64,000 bases of DNA from Candidatus Omnitrophota bacterium (lineage in GTDB: Bacteria; Omnitrophota; Gorgyraeia; Gygaellales; Gygaellaceae): contig JAGYNB010000002.1 of assembly GCA_018400015.1 (NCBI GenBank), forward strand, positions 116,555-180,554. The letters are read 5' to 3'. A program made the translations under genes and the position numbers. Below the pieces are notes generated by a model. It saw only the letters and a list, made by a program, of their open reading frames with translations. It was not told the origin of the DNA and made no database searches. Positions 9,160 through 16,979 of this stretch are shown piece by piece. Each line of letters starts with the position of its first letter. Position 1 is the first letter of the stretch.

Positions 9160-10478
9160 ACAACAAACAATGTACGATAGCTAAGCCTGTTTCTTTTGAA
9201 GGTAAAGGTTTGCATACAGGAAAGAAAATCAAGGTGACGCTTAAGCCAGCTGTGGCGAATTCGGGAATAAGCTTTACCAGGGTAGACTTAAATAATAGGC
9301 TTACGATTAAGACTATAGTGGAAAGCGTGTTGAATCTTCCCCGCAGCCCTCGTAGAACTTCTATTGGAATCGATTGCGCACATGTGCATACAGTTGAACA
9401 TTTTATGGCTGCTTTATTTTGTAAGGGAATAGATAATCTTTTTGTCGAGATCGATAATGAAGAAATGCCTGGTCTTGACGGAAGCGCAAAAGAATATTTG
9501 GATATATTATCCAAAGTGGAATTAAAGGAATTAGATGCGTTAAAGAAAGAGTTTTTGGTAAAAGAACCTGTTTTTGTTGAGGATAAGGATTCGTTCATTG
9601 CAGCTTTTCCCAGCAATGAATTAAGAATAAGCTATACTTTAAGCTACAACCATTCTTATTTAAACTGCCAGTATTTAGATTTGGTTGCGACGCCCGAAGC
9701 TATTGAGAAAGGAATAATTTCTGCAAGGACTTTTTGTCTTGAAGAAGAGGCTGAAACTTTAAAGCGCAGTGGTCTTGGTAAAGGAGCAGATTACGATAAC
9801 ACTTTGGTGGTTGGAAAAAATGGCGTAATAAAGAATAAGCTACGTTTTGATGACGAATTTGTAAGGCATAAGGTCTTAGATCTTATTGGAGATTTATGCC
9901 TTTTTGGTATGGGTATAAAGGCCCATATAGTTGCTTTAAAAAGCGGGCATAATCTCAATATTAAACTTTTGAAGAAATTAAGGAGCCAGCAGGCAAAATA
10001 TCAGACAAGCGGAGTTGGTTCAGGAGGTCATTTTAGCGTTAAAGAAGGTGATATGTTGAACGTTGAACAGATTCAAGAGATCCTTCCGCATAGAAATCCA
10101 TTTCTATTTTTGGATAAGGTTACTGAAATCATCCCTGGCAAGAAAGCCGTAGGGATTAAGAATGTAACTATGAACGACTATTTTTTTAAAGGTCATTTTC
10201 CGCAGAGACCGGTTATGCCAGGTGTTATCATAGTTGAAGCTATGGCACAGCTGGGAGGCGTTTTGATGCTTTCAGAAACCGGCAATAGGGGCAAATTAGC
10301 TTTTTTCATGGCAATAAATAAGGCTAAGTTCCGAAAGCCCGTTGTGCCTGGAGACCAGCTTATTATGGAAGTGGAAGTTGGTAAAATTAAATCCCGCACC
10401 GGACAGGTAATAACAAAAGCATACGTTGACGGCAAAGTAGTTGCAGAAGCAGATCTTATGTTTGCACTTGTCGAATAA
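9156..10478 (+). CDS. lpxC-fabZ: bifunctional UDP-3-O-acyl-GlcNAc deacetylase / 3-hydroxyacyl-ACP dehydratase (LpxC-FabZ fusion; GTG start overlapping the lpxD stop)
   Basis: 440 aa. The N-terminal ~280 aa is LpxC (...GKGLHTGK..., ...HNLNIKLL...). The C-terminal ~150 aa is a FabZ hot-dog (...[14 protein letters not shown]..., ...KGHFP..PVMPGV...). Confidence 0.88.
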   Translation: MNNKQCTIAKPVSFEGKGLHTGKKIKVTLKPAVANSGISFTRVDLNNRLTIKTIVESVLNLPRSPRRTSIGIDCAHVHTVEHFMAALFCKGIDNLFVEIDNEEMPGLDGSAKEYLDILSKVELKELDALKKEFLVKEPVFVEDKDSFIAAFPSNELRISYTLSYNHSYLNCQYLDLVATPEAIEKGIISARTFCLEEEAETLKRSGLGKGADYDNTLVVGKNGVIKNKLRFDDEFVRHKVLDLIGDLCLFGMGIKAHIVALKSGHNLNIKLLKKLRSQQAKYQTSGVGSGGHFSVKEGDMLNVEQIQEILPHRNPFLFLDKVTEIIPGKKAVGIKNVTMNDYFFKGHFPQRPVMPGVIIVEAMAQLGGVLMLSETGNRGKLAFFMAINKAKFRKPVVPGDQLIMEVEVGKIKSRTGQVITKAYVDGKVVAEADLMFALVE

Positions 10479-10483
10479 TTGTT

Positions 10484-11275
10484 ATGATTGATAAAACCGC
10501 AATAATATCGAAAAAAGCAAAATTAGCTTCTAATATTAGAATAGGGGCTTTTAGCGTTATTGAAGATAATGTTAAGATCGGTTCTAATGTTGAGATAGCA
10601 AATCATTGCGTTATAACTGGGAATACTTCCATAGGAGACAATTGTAAGATTTTTACCGGTGCTGTGGTAGGTAGTATTCCTCAGGATCTAAAGTATAAGG
10701 GAGAAAAAAGTTTTTTAAATATAGGTAGTGATAATATTATCCGCGAATATGTAACCATTAATCCTGGAACTGAAAAAGGAGGCGCAACTACTATTGGCAA
10801 TAGTAATCTTTTTATGGCATATTCTCATGTTGCACATGATTGTAAGGTGGGTAGTAATTGTACTATTGCCAATAACGGTACATTAGCCGGACATGTCATT
10901 GTTGAGGATAAGGCGGTAATAGGTGGTTTGACTGCAGTGCATCAATTTTGCCGAATAGGGTATCTTTCGATAATTGGCGGATGTTCGAAAGTTGTTCAGG
11001 ATATAGCGCCTTTTTCTATGTCTGACGGTAATCCTGCAAGAGTTTGCGGTGTTAATTTGATTGGTTTAAGAAGAAATGGTTTCAATAAGCAGGAGATGGA
11101 TAGTATCAAGAAAGCAATCAAATTATTGTTTTTCTCAGGGCATATAAAAACACAGGCTATAAAACATATAAAAGATAATATTGATTTGTCGGAAAATATT
11201 ATTCATTTGATAGATTTTGTAGAATCTTCCCAGAGAGGATTATGTCGGTCCAAAAAAGAGAAAGAATCGGTTTAA
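10484..11275 (+). CDS. lpxA: acyl-ACP--UDP-N-acetylglucosamine O-acyltransferase
   Basis: 263 aa. MIDKTAIIS..A.L..N..IG.F..I hexapeptide repeats and ...AHDC.VG... typical of LpxA. It follows fabZ as in canonical clusters. Confidence 0.88.
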   Translation: MIDKTAIISKKAKLASNIRIGAFSVIEDNVKIGSNVEIANHCVITGNTSIGDNCKIFTGAVVGSIPQDLKYKGEKSFLNIGSDNIIREYVTINPGTEKGGATTIGNSNLFMAYSHVAHDCKVGSNCTIANNGTLAGHVIVEDKAVIGGLTAVHQFCRIGYLSIIGGCSKVVQDIAPFSMSDGNPARVCGVNLIGLRRNGFNKQEMDSIKKAIKLLFFSGHIKTQAIKHIKDNIDLSENIIHLIDFVESSQRGLCRSKKEKESV

Positions 11276-12060
11276 TAGCCGGTAATGGTCGTTTCCCCAT
11301 ACTTTTTGCTGAATCAGCAAAGAACCATAATGTTGATGTTGTTTGTATTGCTGTAAAAAAAGAAACCTCGCCACTGATAAGACAATTCGTAGATAAAATA
11401 TATTGGTTGGATGTGACCGAGTATTTAAAATTGGTTGATATATTTAAGTTAGACGGGATAAGACGCGTTGTAATGGCGGGTCAGATAAATCCGTTAAGGC
11501 TTTTTAGCAAAAAAGCAACGCAGAATAGTCAACTTGCGATTTTTCTAGCATCATTAAAAGATAAAAGAGCAGATTCGGTTTTTGGTGCGATAGCAGATAT
11601 ATTACAGAAAAACAGTATATCTTTAGAAGATTCACGTATGTTTCTTGATGATTATATACCAAAGAAAACAGTATTAACTAAACTTCAGCCTACACAGGCG
11701 CAGAAAGATGATATTGATTTTGGTTTTCAAATCGCAAAGACTATAGGTTCTGTGGATATTGGGCAGACCGTGGTTATCAAGAATAAAATTGTGGTTGCTG
11801 TTGAGGCAATTGAAGGGACCGATATTACCATAAGGCGAGCGGGCCGTATTGCCGGTAAGGGTTGTGTTGTCGTTAAGACAAACAAACCCAATCAGGATAT
11901 GCGCTTTGATGTTCCATTAATTGGATTAAGAACGTTAAAAAATCTTATTCGCATAAAAGCAAGTTGTTTAGCTATCGAGTCAGAAAAAACAATAATATTA
12001 GATAAGTCTTCCTGTATTGACTTGGCGGATAAGCATTCAATTTCCATAATCGCTTTATAA
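11242..12060 (+). CDS. lpxI: UDP-2,3-diacylglucosamine pyrophosphatase LpxI (DUF1009 family)
   Basis: 272 aa. ...IGLIAGNGRFP... N-terminus and overall DUF1009/LpxI architecture, located in the lpx cluster. Confidence 0.7.
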   Translation: MSVQKRERIGLIAGNGRFPILFAESAKNHNVDVVCIAVKKETSPLIRQFVDKIYWLDVTEYLKLVDIFKLDGIRRVVMAGQINPLRLFSKKATQNSQLAIFLASLKDKRADSVFGAIADILQKNSISLEDSRMFLDDYIPKKTVLTKLQPTQAQKDDIDFGFQIAKTIGSVDIGQTVVIKNKIVVAVEAIEGTDITIRRAGRIAGKGCVVVKTNKPNQDMRFDVPLIGLRTLKNLIRIKASCLAIESEKTIILDKSSCIDLADKHSISIIAL

Positions 12061-12101
12061 TTAGTGATTAGCCATTCTTTAAGATCCAAATCTCAACAAT
12101 T

Positions 12102-12127
12102 AAGCCTGAATAGACAGGCTTTTTTTA
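12102..12127 (+). terminator. rho-independent terminator after lpxI
   Basis: Stem aagcctg/caggctt (12102-12108 / 12115-12121) with a 6-nt loop, followed by a T6 run. Confidence 0.6.
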
Positions 12128-12131
12128 TAAT

Positions 12132-12746
12132 ATGTTAAGAACAATAAAAATAATTTTTGAAGATGAAAATCTGGCAGTATTTGATAAACCTGCGGGTTTA
12201 ATAATAAATGCCAAGAAAAAAAATCAATCTTGTTTAACCGATATCTTAAATAGGCAGTTTAAGGGTATAAAATATTATCCTTGCCATAGGCTGGATAAGC
12301 AGACTTCCGGGTTGATTCTTTATGCTAAAAGTAAGAATATGCGAGATAAACTAATGGATTATTTTAAAAGAAGAGAGGTGAAAAAAAGCTATGTTGCATT
12401 TTTGCATGGCTACTTGAAAAACCATTCAATAAAGATAGATGATAAAATAGATGGTAAACAAAGCATTTCAATAGTAAAATTATTAATTCAGAAGAGGAAA
12501 TTTGCCGTTGTTGAGTTAATTCCTTTGACTGGAAGAAAGAATCAACTCAGGATACATTGTAAACGTATTCATCATCCAATAGTAGGAGAGAGAAAGTTTG
12601 TTTTTGCCAAGGACTACGACGTTAAATTCAAAAGACTGGCTCTTCATGCCAATAAATTGTCTTTTAAACACCCGGTAACTAATAAAGATATTAAATTCGA
12701 AATTGATTTACCCGATGAGATGAAAAGATTTTTAAAAAATGACTAA
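12132..12746 (+). CDS. RluA-family pseudouridine synthase
   Basis: 204 aa. ...AVFDKPAGL..., ...HRLDKQTSGLILYAK... (catalytic Asp in the HRLD motif). Confidence 0.85.
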   Translation: MLRTIKIIFEDENLAVFDKPAGLIINAKKKNQSCLTDILNRQFKGIKYYPCHRLDKQTSGLILYAKSKNMRDKLMDYFKRREVKKSYVAFLHGYLKNHSIKIDDKIDGKQSISIVKLLIQKRKFAVVELIPLTGRKNQLRIHCKRIHHPIVGERKFVFAKDYDVKFKRLALHANKLSFKHPVTNKDIKFEIDLPDEMKRFLKND

Positions 12747-12752
12747 AATAAA

Positions 12753-13496
12753 ATGGGGATGCATTTAGAGTTTATACTATTAGGGTTAGTGCAAGGGATA
12801 AGTGAGTTTTTTCCTATAAGCAGCTCAGGCCATTTGGTTTTGATTCAAAGAGTTTTTGGTCTCAGCGAGATGCTTATTTTTGATATCGTTGTTCATTTTG
12901 CAAGTCTAGTTGCAATAGTGTATGTTTTTAGGAAGAGTTTTTTATCACTTAGCGTAAGAAGATTTTCTTTTTTGATAATTGCCTGTGTGCCCACAGGTAT
13001 CTCGTATTTTATTTTTAGCCGTTATATCGGTTCTCATTTTAATGATATAAATTATTTATGGTTGTTTTTCTTTATATCGGGAATTGTTATTTATTCTACT
13101 AAATTCGTTAGACCACAAAAAAACTTAAGTTTATTTTCTGTAATTGCTATAGGTATAGCTCAGGCAGTTGCTTTGTTTCCTGGGGTTTCGCGTTCAGGGA
13201 TGACTATTTCTGTAGGTCTTTTGTCTAAGTTGAGTAAAAAAGATGCTGTTGAATTTTCTTTTATGTTGGGGTCGATCGCAATTTTAGGCGCTACGCTTTT
13301 AAAATCAAAAGAAATAGTTTCAATTGATTCTTTTTTAGTGGTTCCTACAATCATGGGTTTTTTTGCCAGTCTTTTTTCCAGTATTATTGCTTTAAAGATT
13401 ATAATACGTTTTGTTGAGAAGTCGAAGTTTCATCTTTTTGGATATTATTGTTGGTTTATGGCTTTGGTGAGTTTAAGTATAAAATTTTGGTTATGA
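12753..13496 (+). CDS. uppP: undecaprenyl-diphosphatase (BacA/UppP)
   Basis: 247 aa polytopic membrane protein. ...GLVQGISEFFPISSSGHL... and ...PGVSRSG.TI... are UppP signature motifs. Confidence 0.88.
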   Translation: MGMHLEFILLGLVQGISEFFPISSSGHLVLIQRVFGLSEMLIFDIVVHFASLVAIVYVFRKSFLSLSVRRFSFLIIACVPTGISYFIFSRYIGSHFNDINYLWLFFFISGIVIYSTKFVRPQKNLSLFSVIAIGIAQAVALFPGVSRSGMTISVGLLSKLSKKDAVEFSFMLGSIAILGATLLKSKEIVSIDSFLVVPTIMGFFASLFSSIIALKIIIRFVEKSKFHLFGYYCWFMALVSLSIKFWL

Positions 13497-15313
13497 TAAT
13501 GAATGATATATCAAACAGCTTATCTGCTGATAAATGGAAAATGATCGGAATTAATAAACGCGCAGGAATGCTTGTTCCGCTTTTCTGCTTTTATTCGAAA
13601 AATAGCCTTGGTATAGGTGATTTTTCCGATCTTAATCTGGTTGTTGATTTTGCTAAACTTTGCGCAAATTCAATTGTTCAGCTTTTACCGATGAACGAGC
13701 TGGGAATGAATTTTTGTCCGTATGATTCTTTAAGTTCTTTTGCATTAGAGCCGTCATATATCAGCTTTAGAGATTTATCTGTAAATAAAACTACGGTTAT
13801 TAACGATTTTATGAATAAACTTTCCCAAGAGATTCCTGTAAGAGGCGAGTATGTAGATTATAAAGTAAAGGATTTGAAGCTGAAGTTTTTAAAGTTGATA
13901 TTCCAAGAACAGAACGGTATTTTTTCTTCTGATTATAAACTGTTTAAACAAGATTATAAGTATTGGTTAGATGATTTTTGTCTTTTTAAGGTTTTAAAGA
14001 ATTTTCATAATGGGCTGCCGTGGTATGAATGGCCCCAGCAATTTAAAGATAGGAACCCATCTGCATTGGAGGAATTTAAACAAGAAAATAATACAGATTT
14101 AGAGTTTCAGTCATGGCTACAGTGGCAGCTTTATCGACAGTTCAGAAAATGTAAAGAGTATGCCAACAAAAAAGGAGTTTATTTAAAAGGAGATTTACCT
14201 ATACTTGTTTCGCGTGACAGTGCGGATGTCTGGGCAAAGAGGAGATTTTTTAAACTGTATTTATCTAGCGGTGCTCCTGTTGATATGTATTGCGCTAAAG
14301 GACAACGTTGGGGTACGCCTCCTTACAATTGGAAGAATATTTTTGAAGATGATTACCAGATTATAAGAAATAGGCTTATTTATGCCGAGAATTTTTACGA
14401 TATGATAAGGCTTGATCATGTGGTAGGTTTATTTAGGATATGGAGTATTCCTTTTGATGAGCCTTTGGAAAATGAAGGCATAAATGGTTTTTTTGACCCG
14501 GTTGATGAATCATTATGGGCAAAGCAAGGTAGAGATATTTTATCCGCCATGATTTCTTCTACTAAGATGCTTATTTGTGCAGAGGATTTAGGGACCGTGC
14601 CTGAAGTTTGTCCGGTGGTTTTAGAAGAATTAGGTATTCCCGGTAATGACGTACAGCGTTGGAAAAAAGATTGGTTAGTCACGCATGATTTTTTAAAACC
14701 CGAAAATTACAGGGGAATTGCTGTGTCTATGCTTTCTACACACGATACGACCAATTGGTTTGCCTGGTGGGAATTTGAGGCCGGTACTGTTGACGAGAGG
14801 CTCTTTGAAAGGTTATGTATAGAAAAAAACATAGATTTTGTAAATATTAAAGAAAAATTATTTTCTAAAAATCTTTCTGGCAATGGCAGGTTGCGTTGGC
14901 AGGATAGGATAGATTCAATAGATAAATTATGCGAATATTTATCAAAGCCCGTTGATGAACTTCATCAGATTGTCGATATGTATCTTAATTCTTTCCGGGA
15001 AAAGGAAAAGCTGTTTTCTCAGCTTGGATTGAATATTCCTTACCAGGAAAAATGCTCCCGAGACATAATTACAGCTATCTATAAACAGAATTTGAAAGCG
15101 AAATCTATTTTTTGCATCCAAACGATTATTGATATATTATATGTAGGTGCTTTGTTAAAAGATAAGGCTTGCATAAATAGAATCAATACTCCAGGAGTAA
15201 TAAGTTTGAAAAATTGGTCGTTATTGCTGCCTGTTTCTATTGAAGATTTAATTGCTTCAGATTTAGCGGATACGATTAAAGAAACTGTATTTTCATCAGG
15301 AAGAACGTTTTAA
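13493..15313 (+). CDS. malQ: 4-alpha-glucanotransferase (amylomaltase, GH77)
   Basis: ~607 aa from the ATG that overlaps the uppP stop (the ORF-track start at 13448 is probably too early). ...KRAGMLVPLFCFYS..SLGIGDFSDL... and ...LPILVSRDSADVW... are GH77 MalQ motifs. Confidence 0.85.
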   Translation: MIMNDISNSLSADKWKMIGINKRAGMLVPLFCFYSKNSLGIGDFSDLNLVVDFAKLCANSIVQLLPMNELGMNFCPYDSLSSFALEPSYISFRDLSVNKTTVINDFMNKLSQEIPVRGEYVDYKVKDLKLKFLKLIFQEQNGIFSSDYKLFKQDYKYWLDDFCLFKVLKNFHNGLPWYEWPQQFKDRNPSALEEFKQENNTDLEFQSWLQWQLYRQFRKCKEYANKKGVYLKGDLPILVSRDSADVWAKRRFFKLYLSSGAPVDMYCAKGQRWGTPPYNWKNIFEDDYQIIRNRLIYAENFYDMIRLDHVVGLFRIWSIPFDEPLENEGINGFFDPVDESLWAKQGRDILSAMISSTKMLICAEDLGTVPEVCPVVLEELGIPGNDVQRWKKDWLVTHDFLKPENYRGIAVSMLSTHDTTNWFAWWEFEAGTVDERLFERLCIEKNIDFVNIKEKLFSKNLSGNGRLRWQDRIDSIDKLCEYLSKPVDELHQIVDMYLNSFREKEKLFSQLGLNIPYQEKCSRDIITAIYKQNLKAKSIFCIQTIIDILYVGALLKDKACINRINTPGVISLKNWSLLLPVSIEDLIASDLADTIKETVFSSGRTF

Positions 15314-15327
15314 AAGAAAGGTTTGTT

Positions 15328-15921
15328 ATGAAAAATACTATCAGAAAACATTTTCTAACTGGTTTATTGGCGGTGGTGCCGTTTTTTTTGACGATATATG
15401 TCCTAGTTCTCATATTCCAATTTATCGACGGCCTAACAGGCAGGTTTATCAACACTTATATCAGAAGTCAGCTTGGGTTTTATATCCCCGGCCTTGGTTT
15501 GATAGTTTTCTTTGTGTTGATATTTTCTGTTGGTTTTGTGGCTAATATATTTATCGGCAGAAGAATATTTTTATTTTTTGAAAAGTGGTTCAAAAATTTA
15601 CCTTTTGTTAATAAGATATACCCGGCTTTTAAGCAGATAGTTTCTTTTATGCTGCAACAGAAGGAATCTAAATTCAAGAAAGTTGTTTTAGTTGAGTATC
15701 CGAGGAAAGGTATTTGGTCTATAGGTTTTCTTACTAATGAAGATACGCAGAGTTTTCTTGATGAAATAGAGAAGGATTTAGTTTCAATTTTCATACCTAG
15801 TTCTCCCGGTCCTTTTACAGGCTATGTTTTGTTTTTTTCTAGAAAAGAATTAAAGTTTTTAGATATTAGTGTTACTGATGCTTTAAAGGTAATTTTTTCA
15901 GGAGGTATTATCAGAAAATAA
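15328..15921 (+). CDS. DUF502 family membrane protein
   Basis: 197 aa. Two N-terminal TM helices and a conserved ...FIPSSPGPFTGYV... segment typical of DUF502. Confidence 0.65.
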   Translation: MKNTIRKHFLTGLLAVVPFFLTIYVLVLIFQFIDGLTGRFINTYIRSQLGFYIPGLGLIVFFVLIFSVGFVANIFIGRRIFLFFEKWFKNLPFVNKIYPAFKQIVSFMLQQKESKFKKVVLVEYPRKGIWSIGFLTNEDTQSFLDEIEKDLVSIFIPSSPGPFTGYVLFFSRKELKFLDISVTDALKVIFSGGIIRK

Positions 15922-16424
15922 TGCAGATTTCTAGTCTGATTAGATCCAGACGTTCAATAAGACGGTTTAAGCATAATACTATTTCTTCCAAGGATTTAAG
16001 TTCTATTATCGAAGCTGCTCGCTGGGCACCTTCGGGATTGAATAACCAGCCCTGGAGATTCATAATAATAAAAGATAGGGACAGTTCTAAGAAGATAAGT
16101 GAATTTACCAAGTATGCAAGCATTGTTAGAGAAGCAGCTATAAATATAGTCGTATGCTTAAAAATATCTTGTTCTTATGATCGGGAAAAGGATTTAATGG
16201 CAGTTGGTGCCTGTATCCAGAATATGCTTTTGCAGGCGCATAGATTAGGAATAGGCTCATGTTGGATAGGAGAAATCTTAAGGAGAAAGAAAGAGCTCTC
16301 ACGGAGTTTGGATATCAATAAAGATTTAGAAATAATGGCGGTTGTGTCGTTTGGATACCCAAAAGTAAAAGCAAAAAAGGCAGTTAGGTTAAATTCTAAG
16401 CGATTGGTAGTTGCCATAAAATAA
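15921..16424 (+). CDS. nitroreductase family protein
   Basis: 167 aa. ...RRSIRRF......L..IIEAARWAPSGLNNQPWRFIII... is a nitroreductase FMN-binding fold signature. Confidence 0.85.
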   Translation: MQISSLIRSRRSIRRFKHNTISSKDLSSIIEAARWAPSGLNNQPWRFIIIKDRDSSKKISEFTKYASIVREAAINIVVCLKISCSYDREKDLMAVGACIQNMLLQAHRLGIGSCWIGEILRRKKELSRSLDINKDLEIMAVVSFGYPKVKAKKAVRLNSKRLVVAIK

Positions 16425-16434
16425 AACAATTAAC

Positions 16435-16462
16435 TTGACAAAAATATCCGGATTTATATAAT
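16435..16462 (+). promoter_or_regulatory. sigma70-like promoter for speH (TTGACA-16-TATAAT)
   Basis: TTGACA at 16435-16440, 16-nt spacer, TATAAT at 16457-16462, and an RBS GAAAGGAA before the ATG at 16481. Confidence 0.6.
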
Positions 16463-16480
16463 AAAATTGAAAGGAATAAA

Positions 16481-16906
16481 ATGAATATAAAAACTATAAC
16501 GGAAAAAAAACAAGAAGATATAGATAAGAAATTTTTGCCTTTTGGTTTTCAGTTATTGTTGGATCTTTACGATTGTAAGCCTGGCGCTTGTGATGATTTA
16601 GATCTTTGCTATAAATATCTTGATGAAATAGTTCCTTATTTAGGCATGGAAAAACAAGCTCCTCCGAATATTTTCAGAAGTGATGAAACACGTTTTCCGG
16701 ATAAGGCTGGACTTTCCGGGTGGGTTCCTTTGATAGAGAGTTCTATTGTAATACATACATTGACTCCTAAGGATTTTATTTCCGTAGATGTTTATTGTTG
16801 CAAGGGGTTTGATACTAATAAAGCAAAGCGTTTTACGAGTAGGTTTTTCCAGCCCAAAAGGATAGATGAACAATATTTAGAAAGAGGGCTTGATTATTAT
16901 AAGTAG
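16481..16906 (+). CDS. speH: S-adenosylmethionine decarboxylase proenzyme (pyruvoyl-dependent, SpeH/class 1 type)
   Basis: 141 aa. ...GWVPLIESSIVIHTLTPKDF... has the E-S self-cleavage site that generates the pyruvoyl cofactor. Confidence 0.8.
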   Translation: MNIKTITEKKQEDIDKKFLPFGFQLLLDLYDCKPGACDDLDLCYKYLDEIVPYLGMEKQAPPNIFRSDETRFPDKAGLSGWVPLIESSIVIHTLTPKDFISVDVYCCKGFDTNKAKRFTSRFFQPKRIDEQYLERGLDYYK

Positions 16907-16932
16907 TTTTTGAATAATTAAATTAGTTTACT

Positions 16933-16965
16933 ATACCCAATTCGAGAGGATTGGGTATTTTTTTT
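16933..16965 (+). terminator. rho-independent terminator between the convergent speH and GH94-like genes
   Basis: Stem atacccaa/ttgggtat (16933-16940 / 16951-16958) with a 10-nt loop, followed by T7. Confidence 0.7.
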
Positions 16966-16979
16966 AATGTATAAAGATA

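Noticed and set aside
9095-9616. 173-aa antisense ORF overlapping lpxD/lpxC-fabZ. Similar long antisense ORFs lie at 30080-30607, 38477-38890, 41745-42104, 48532-48885 and 50506-50883.
   Set aside because: All lie fully inside strongly supported housekeeping genes on the opposite strand. They are low-complexity (S/L/I/F-rich), have no start context, and are the size expected by chance in AT-rich DNA.
12126-12134. TATAAT hexamer immediately abutting the ATG of the RluA-family gene (possible leaderless promoter)
   Set aside because: The hexamer ends 1 nt before the start codon, too close for a transcription start 7 nt downstream of the -10. It more likely reflects AT-rich sequence following the lpxI terminator.
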